In this document: one piece after another, positions 59,133 through 64,000 of the stretch
Layout of the letters: each line of letters begins with the position of its first letter
Position numbering within the stretch: position 1 is the first letter of the stretch
Assembly: GCA_963754015.1 (NCBI GenBank)
Contig: CAVWEG010000005.1
Coordinates: 215,206 to 279,205, forward strand
DNA: 64,000 bases
Direction of reading: 5' to 3'
From: Candidatus Dormiibacterota bacterium
GTDB taxonomy: Bacteria; Chloroflexota; Dormibacteria; Aeolococcales; Aeolococcaceae
The notes under the pieces: model-generated
Database searches by the model: none
Seen by the model: the letters and a program-made list of their open reading frames with translations, nothing else
What the model was told of the DNA's origin: nothing
Made by a program: the position numbers and the translations under genes

Positions 59133-59336
59133 CACCGGAACGAACGCCGTTCAAGCGCGCATCGCGTATACAAGCTCGTCCGCTGTGCGATGCGTTTGTT
59201 ACCGAAAGGCGATGAACGGCAGGGTAGATACGCTCCACACTCGATTGCGGCCGTCACTCGCAACAGCAACGCGCTGGCGGATGAGCGTAGCCGCAACGGC
59301 GTGACCGACACCAACTGAGACAACCGAGGAGAACAG

Positions 59337-60197
59337 GTGGCCATCCAGGCGAACAAACCGAACAGCCGAGTGTTCCTGCTTCTTGGAATCGTGCTGGCTG
59401 CGGCGGCGGCGGTGGCCGTGCTGCTCCTGGTGCGCTCCAATGCACCAGCAAATGAAGTCAGCGTCGTCGTGTCCGATGCCAGCATTCCAGCCGGCACGAC
59501 ACTCACGCCCGCAATGGTCGTCGTGACGCAGGTTCCCGCGTCAGCGAAGCCAGGTGACGCATACGTCGATCCTGTTGCTGTCGTTGGCAAGACCACCACG
59601 GTCGCGCTCGCGGACAACACACCGCTTGTGCCTGCGTTCTTCTCAACTCCGGCTCTGTCAGTCACATCGACCGGTGCAAGCGGCACAACGGTGACGGACG
59701 TGGAAACACAGATCACCAAAGGCTACGTCGCGGTCGCCATACCGACGAACTCCGCTGTACCGACGAGCTTCACGGCGGAGCAGCAAGCCAACTTCAGCGG
59801 CGACCTCGTGTCCGCCGCTGGCTACATCCTGCCGGGCGACCACATCGACATGCTCGTGCAGTCGACAACCGGATCCGAGGCTCTCCGATACACGTTCCAG
59901 GACCTGATCGTCCTGCGCGTCGGCGTCGCTACCGCGACCAGTGGAACCGCCAGCCCTGGCGTGCTCCTCGTCGAGGTTCCTCGCGCCCAGGCTGCACTGC
60001 TGACGGGTCTCGTTGTCGGCGCCGGCAACGAGTTCATCGTCAAGTACACCCTTCGTCCGGAATCCGAATGGGGCAAGCTCGCTCCCGACGGTTCCAGCTA
60101 CAAGCCGAACTACGAATCCGCCGGATCGCCAGACCTTCCCACTGTGTCGCAGCCGCTTGTGACTCCGGGCGTGCTCGATAGCCTTTTCGGACACTGA
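59337..60197 (+). CDS. cpaB: CpaB/RcpC-family Flp-pilus assembly protein (SAF domain)
   Basis: N-terminal TM segment RVFLLLGIVLAAAAAVAVLLLV, then VSVVVSDASIPAGTTLTPAMVVVTQVP...VVGKTTTVALADNTPL. GTG follows GAGGAG. Confidence 0.82.
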   Translation: MAIQANKPNSRVFLLLGIVLAAAAAVAVLLLVRSNAPANEVSVVVSDASIPAGTTLTPAMVVVTQVPASAKPGDAYVDPVAVVGKTTTVALADNTPLVPAFFSTPALSVTSTGASGTTVTDVETQITKGYVAVAIPTNSAVPTSFTAEQQANFSGDLVSAAGYILPGDHIDMLVQSTTGSEALRYTFQDLIVLRVGVATATSGTASPGVLLVEVPRAQAALLTGLVVGAGNEFIVKYTLRPESEWGKLAPDGSSYKPNYESAGSPDLPTVSQPLVTPGVLDSLFGH

Positions 60198-60202
60198 TAG
60201 CA

Positions 60203-61184
60203 ATGACGCCAGCCGCAGTCGTCGCAGCGGCCTTGGCCGCGTCGGCAGTCCTCTCGATCTTCGCCTTCCTCCTCAGCCGGGGCCAAACCCAGGCTGGGGA
60301 GATGGCGCGCCGCCTCAATCAGTACGGCGGCGACTCGGTGGCCGTCACCGCGCCGCCTCGCGTGAAGACGGGCAATGCACTTCGGGACCTGCTCGGCGCG
60401 CTCACCAACGGCCTGAACCCGGTTCTCGCGCGGACGTCGCACACCGGCAAGCTCGCCGATGACCTCCAGAAGGCCGACCTCAAGCTGAAGTCGTCCGAGT
60501 GGTTGCTCATGGTCGTCGGTCTCGGTATCGGGGTCGGCGTGCTCGTCGCGACTCCGCTTCCAGTCACCCATCGCCTTCGTCCCCTGCCCCATCGTCGTCT
60601 ATATCTTCAGCGGCTTCTACCTGAAGTTCCGTCAGCGGAAGCGGACGCGCGCGTTCAACAATCAGCTCGGCGACACGCTCATGTTGCTGAGCAATGCGTT
60701 GAAAGCGGGGCACTCCTTTGCGCAGGCGCTCGCGTCGGTGGCGAAGAACGCCAACCCGCCGATCGCCGACGAGTTCGCACGCGCCACCCGCGAGATCGCG
60801 CTCGGCATCAACGTTGACGAGGCACTCAACCACATGGTGCAGCGCAACAAGTCCGAGGACTTCGACCTCATGGTCACCGCCGTGCAGATCCAGCGCGTGG
60901 TCGGCGGTAACCTCGCGGAGATTCTCGACACGATCGCGTTCACCATTCGCGAACGCGTGCGCATCCAGGGCGAGATTCGCACGCTCACCGCCCAGGCACG
61001 TGCATCGGGCTGGATCATCACCATCCTGCCGATCGCGCTTGCCGGCTTCCTGGCGCTCATCTCTCCGTCGTACTTCGACCCGATGATCACCGATCCGCTC
61101 GGCCACATCATGCTCGGCATGGCCATCTTCTCCATCGCCGTCGGCGCGGTTGCGATCCAGAAGATCGTGAAGATCGAGGTCTGA
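60203..61184 (+). CDS. tadB: TadB-like (T2SS-F family) pilus platform protein; frame broken by an apparent 1-nt insertion at about 60551
   Basis: The N-terminal part is in ORF 60203..60817 up to ...GLGIGVGVLVA. The rest is in the frame of ORF 60681..61184 (LRFQSPIAFVPCPIVVYIFSGFYLKFRQRKRTRAFNNQLGDTLMLLSNALKAGHSFAQAL...). The span is 982 nt = 3n+1. Confidence 0.82.
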
Positions 61185-61185
61185 G

Positions 61186-62131
61186 ATGAGCCCACTTGCA
61201 ATCGAACTCGCCGCTGCCATCGCCGCCGGCATCCTGCTCATCTTTGTCGGCCTCGCGATGGCCGTCTCGCCGCGGCAGACCGACCTGCTCGAGGCTCGCC
61301 TCGCGCAGTTCGCCGAGGCCGGTCGCGCGCCCGCGACCCTCGCCGAAGTGGAGATGTCGCTACCGCTGTTCGACCGTGTCTTCCGGCCGTTCCTTGACAA
61401 GGTCGGCGCTCGAACTCAATCGCAACGCCGGTCAGGGCAGCACCGACGCGCTGCAGGAGAAGCTGAATCTCGCGGGACGACCGTGGGGACTCAGTGCCTC
61501 AGGCTTTCTCGCGCTGCGGCTGCTGTCCATGCTGCTGTTCACCTCCATCGGCCTGGCGCTCGCGCTCTTCGGCGCGCTCACGATGCCGCTGCTCGTGGTC
61601 GTTCCTGCGGGCGGTCTCATCCTCGGGTATCTCGGTCCCCAGATGGTGGTCGCGCGCCGCATCAAGAAGCGTCAGAAAGAGATCCTGCTCGCGCTCCCGA
61701 GCGCACTCGATCTGCTCACGATCTCCGTTGAGGCAGGCCTCAGCTTCAACTCCGCGCTGACCCGCGTCGTCGAGAAATACAACAACGCGTTCTCCCGCGA
61801 GCTGTCGATCATGCTCAACGAGGTTCGTCTCGGTCGCCCGCGTCTCGAGGCACTCGATGATGTCGGACGTCGCTGCAAGGTGGAGGAGCTGAGCAACTTC
61901 ATCCAGGCGATCATCCAGTCGGAGCAGTTGGGCGTCGGCGTCGCCAACGTCCTGCGCATCCAGTCAGAGGAGATCCGCCGGAAGCGCCGTCAGCGCGCAG
62001 AGGAGCAGGGCCAGAAAGCCCCGCTGAAGATGCTCTTCCCGATGGTCGGCTGCATCTTCCCCACGTTGTTCATCGTGCTGCTCGGTCCCGCTGTGATCGA
62101 GGTTGCCCACCAGTTCGGATCCGGGGGCTGA
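61186..62131 (+). CDS. tadC: TadC-like (T2SS-F family) pilus platform protein; frame broken by an apparent 1-nt insertion at about 61408
   Basis: The N-terminal part is in ORF 61186..61731 up to ...FDRVFRPFLDKVG. The rest is in ORF 61196..62131 (LELNRNAGQGSTDALQEKLNLAGRP...LPSALDLLTISVEAGLSFNSAL...). The span is 946 nt = 3n+1. Confidence 0.82.
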
Positions 62132-62139
62132 TCGCAGCC

Positions 62140-62967
62140 TCAGGACAGCTGGCGGAGCACTCGCTCGAGCTGGCGCCGGTGCGCGATGCGCCAGCGCGAG
62201 CGGAGTGCAGGCACCGATCGGTAGACCTCGGGGACGCTCGCGTCGTCGCTCGCGGCGGCGCGGAGCAAGCCGGCGACCGTCTCGCGGAGCTCGACGAGCT
62301 GGAGTGCGCGTGCAACCTCGAGCGATGCCGAGACCCGCGCCTCCTCGCCCGAGCGCATCCAGTCTTCGAGCGCATCGACGAGTCCCTCGCGTCCGTCGCC
62401 GATGACGATGCGCGCGTACTCCGTCAGCTGCTCCGTGAGCGACGCGACATTGGTCTCGAAGCGCCGTTCCATGTACGCGAGGATCGCGTCGCGCGCGCTC
62501 TGGTGCGCGAGCACCGCGACGAGCCCCGGCGCAGTGCGGCCGATCAGCAGCTTCTCGAACGGCGAGACCTCGAGGTAGCCGATGTGCGCCTCGGCGCTCG
62601 ACACCAACCACGGGCTGCCGTCGCCCCGGTAGAGGCAGAGGTTGTCCGGCAGGCCCGGATGCTGCCAGCCATAGAGGCCGCCGGTCGCCTCCTGGAGCAC
62701 CGTCACGCTCTCGCGGCTCAAGGCGTAGCGGACCAGGCTGCCGGCCGCCGTCGTGCTCTTGGCCTGCTGGAATCGGGCAAGGCTTTCGATGGTCGCCTGG
62801 CCTTCGGCGTCCATCTCGCCGGGACGCACGGTCAGCACCGCCGTCGTGCACTGCACGAGCGCGCACTCGAGCAGACCGGCGTAGTCAGGCCCGGTCGGCT
62901 CGTCGAGCAGATCGTAGGTCTTGCGCGCCGAGACGTCGCTGTGGGACGTCCGCAGGAACGGTTGCAC
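62140..62967 (-). CDS. hypothetical protein (275 aa)
   Basis: Well-formed ORF with a GTG start. No motif recognised. The C-terminal half is helical and repeat-like. Confidence 0.5.
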   Translation of the reverse strand: MQPFLRTSHSDVSARKTYDLLDEPTGPDYAGLLECALVQCTTAVLTVRPGEMDAEGQATIESLARFQQAKSTTAAGSLVRYALSRESVTVLQEATGGLYGWQHPGLPDNLCLYRGDGSPWLVSSAEAHIGYLEVSPFEKLLIGRTAPGLVAVLAHQSARDAILAYMERRFETNVASLTEQLTEYARIVIGDGREGLVDALEDWMRSGEEARVSASLEVARALQLVELRETVAGLLRAAASDDASVPEVYRSVPALRSRWRIAHRRQLERVLRQLS

Positions 62968-63028
62968 ACAGCAATTCTGTAACGAAAACCCCTCTTCCAG
63001 CGGTTCGGGGGGATGTTACGGTCATGAG

Positions 63029-63607
63029 GTGGTCGCGATAGTCGCTTCTATCGACAGCACGCCGGGCCAGGTGTTCGCAGACGCGCTGCTGGTCGTCGCC
63101 GTGGCTGTCAATGCATACCTGGGTTGGAGTCACGGCTTGATTCGCCGTCTCCTCAGCGCGCTCGGCGTCTTCCTCGGCGTGTTCGCGGCGACCAACCTGG
63201 GCAATGCGGTTGCCGCGCTGGTCCACTCACACAGCCTCGATGCCAATGCCTGGTCATTCGTCGCGATCTTCGTCTTCGTCGTGCTGGTCGTCGAGATCCT
63301 CGGCGCGCTCATCAACGAACGCCTCCAGAAGATCGTCGTCGCTGCCTTCGATCGCATCGGCGGCGTGCTTCTCGGCGCCGTCGTCGGTGTTGCGGAGGTG
63401 CTCATCCTGTTCCTGGTGGCGATCGCCGTGAGCGGCGCGCCCTCGCCCGTCCATCACACGATGGCCCAGGACATCAATGCCGCGACCTTGAGCGGTCAAG
63501 CGGTGCGGCTCGAGCCCCAGGTGCGGACGCTGTTCGGTCCAGTGCTGCCAAGCAATCTCAGCACGCATCTCGCACAGAACACGCCGCTGATCACCCCGCC
63601 CATCTGA
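63029..63607 (+). CDS. CvpA-family membrane protein
   Basis: 4 TM segments. FADALLVVAVAVNAYLGWSHGLIRRLLSALGVFLGVFAA resembles the CvpA N-terminus. The GTG 63029 start is uncertain. Confidence 0.6.
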   Translation: MVAIVASIDSTPGQVFADALLVVAVAVNAYLGWSHGLIRRLLSALGVFLGVFAATNLGNAVAALVHSHSLDANAWSFVAIFVFVVLVVEILGALINERLQKIVVAAFDRIGGVLLGAVVGVAEVLILFLVAIAVSGAPSPVHHTMAQDINAATLSGQAVRLEPQVRTLFGPVLPSNLSTHLAQNTPLITPPI

Positions 63608-63619
63608 CGGGGTCGCGCT

Positions 63620-64000
63620 TTAGCGAGCGCTGCTGACGTCGGCCGGGAAGAACGTCTTGACGACGGAGCCGAGCCCGACGAGGTTGAACGGCTTGGTGAT
63701 CAGGTGATTCGCGCCGGCGAGACGGGCCCGCTCGATGTCGTCGTCGCTGGAGAGCGCGCTGAACATCACGATCGGAGTCTCCGCTGTCGGGACATTGCCG
63801 CGGATCCGCTTGCACGTCTCGATGCCGTCCATGCCGGGCATCATGATGTCGAGGATGACGAGGTCGGGGGCACGCTCCTCGACCTTGGCAAGTCCGTCCT
63901 CGCCGTTCTCCGCGGTGGAGACCTCGTAGCCCTCGATACCGAGATACATCGCAACGATGTGGAGCAATCGCGGATCGTCGTCGACGATAAGGATTCGACC
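63620..64000 (-). CDS. receiver-domain response regulator, partial (N-terminus beyond the right edge)
   Basis: The reverse complement through 64000 reads GRILIVDDDPRLLHIVAMYL...DLVILDIMMPGMDG...TPIVMFSA...TKPF. The stop is at 63620-63622. Confidence 0.85.
   Translation of the reverse strand, partial: GRILIVDDDPRLLHIVAMYLGIEGYEVSTAENGEDGLAKVEERAPDLVILDIMMPGMDGIETCKRIRGNVPTAETPIVMFSALSSDDDIERARLAGANHLITKPFNLVGLGSVVKTFFPADVSSAR

Noticed and set aside
59133-59336. Flp-type prepilin gene hidden in the 200-nt gap upstream of cpaB (and in the other gaps around tad genes)
   Set aside because: The small ORFs there (MRLLPKGDERQG*; MNGRVDTLHTRLRPSLATATRWRMSVAATA*) lack a hydrophobic helix and the G/xxxxEY processing motif.
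28178-64000. Right-hand 36 kb as a mobile element or genomic island
   Set aside because: No integrase, transposase, tRNA target, direct-repeat boundaries or phage or conjugation genes were recognised. Only local AT-richer promoter patches were seen, not a regional compositional shift, and composition was not computed.

Overview
GC-rich bacterial chromosomal window (about two-thirds G+C by eye, not computed), densely packed, with no rRNA, tRNA, CRISPR array, transposase or integrase recognised. The left 28 kb is the core translation and transcription block. On the minus strand there is one uninterrupted str-S10-spc super-operon: rpsL-rpsG-fusA-tuf-rpsJ-rplC-rplD-rplW-rplB-rpsS-rplV-rpsC-rplP-rpmC-rpsQ-rplN-rplX-rplE-rpsZ-rpsH-rplF-rplR-rpsE-rpmD-rplO-secY-adk-map. 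This is followed by an internal promoter and leader, then rpmJ and the first codons of rpsM. Next come an orphan HisKA_3 histidine kinase and rplJ-rplL-rpoB-rpoC on the plus strand. The right 36 kb looks accessory. It holds a two-component and c-di-GMP cluster (REC-HD-GYP, HAD, soluble kinase, CheY-like), two tandem polytopic membrane paralogs with a TPR protein, and an OmpR-type two-component pair. It also holds a parA / ParB-like / coiled-coil operon, and a second ParA-like gene that diverges from a 1,063-aa extremely acidic repeat protein. Further right are two convergent CpaF/TadA secretion ATPases flanking a decayed lipoprotein gene, a CAP-domain protein, two ABC exporters, and a second acidic IDR-TPR protein. 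The window ends with cpaB-tadB-tadC, a CvpA-like protein and a partial response regulator. The best candidate for something undescribed is the ParA/ParB-like/acidic-scaffold module at 39.9-46.3 kb, which sits next to a split Tad locus. Five genes (map, fusA, one kinase, tadB, tadC) are each broken by exactly one extra base. This looks like assembly error rather than biology, but it must be checked against reads. All domain calls come from motifs read by eye; no database search was possible.
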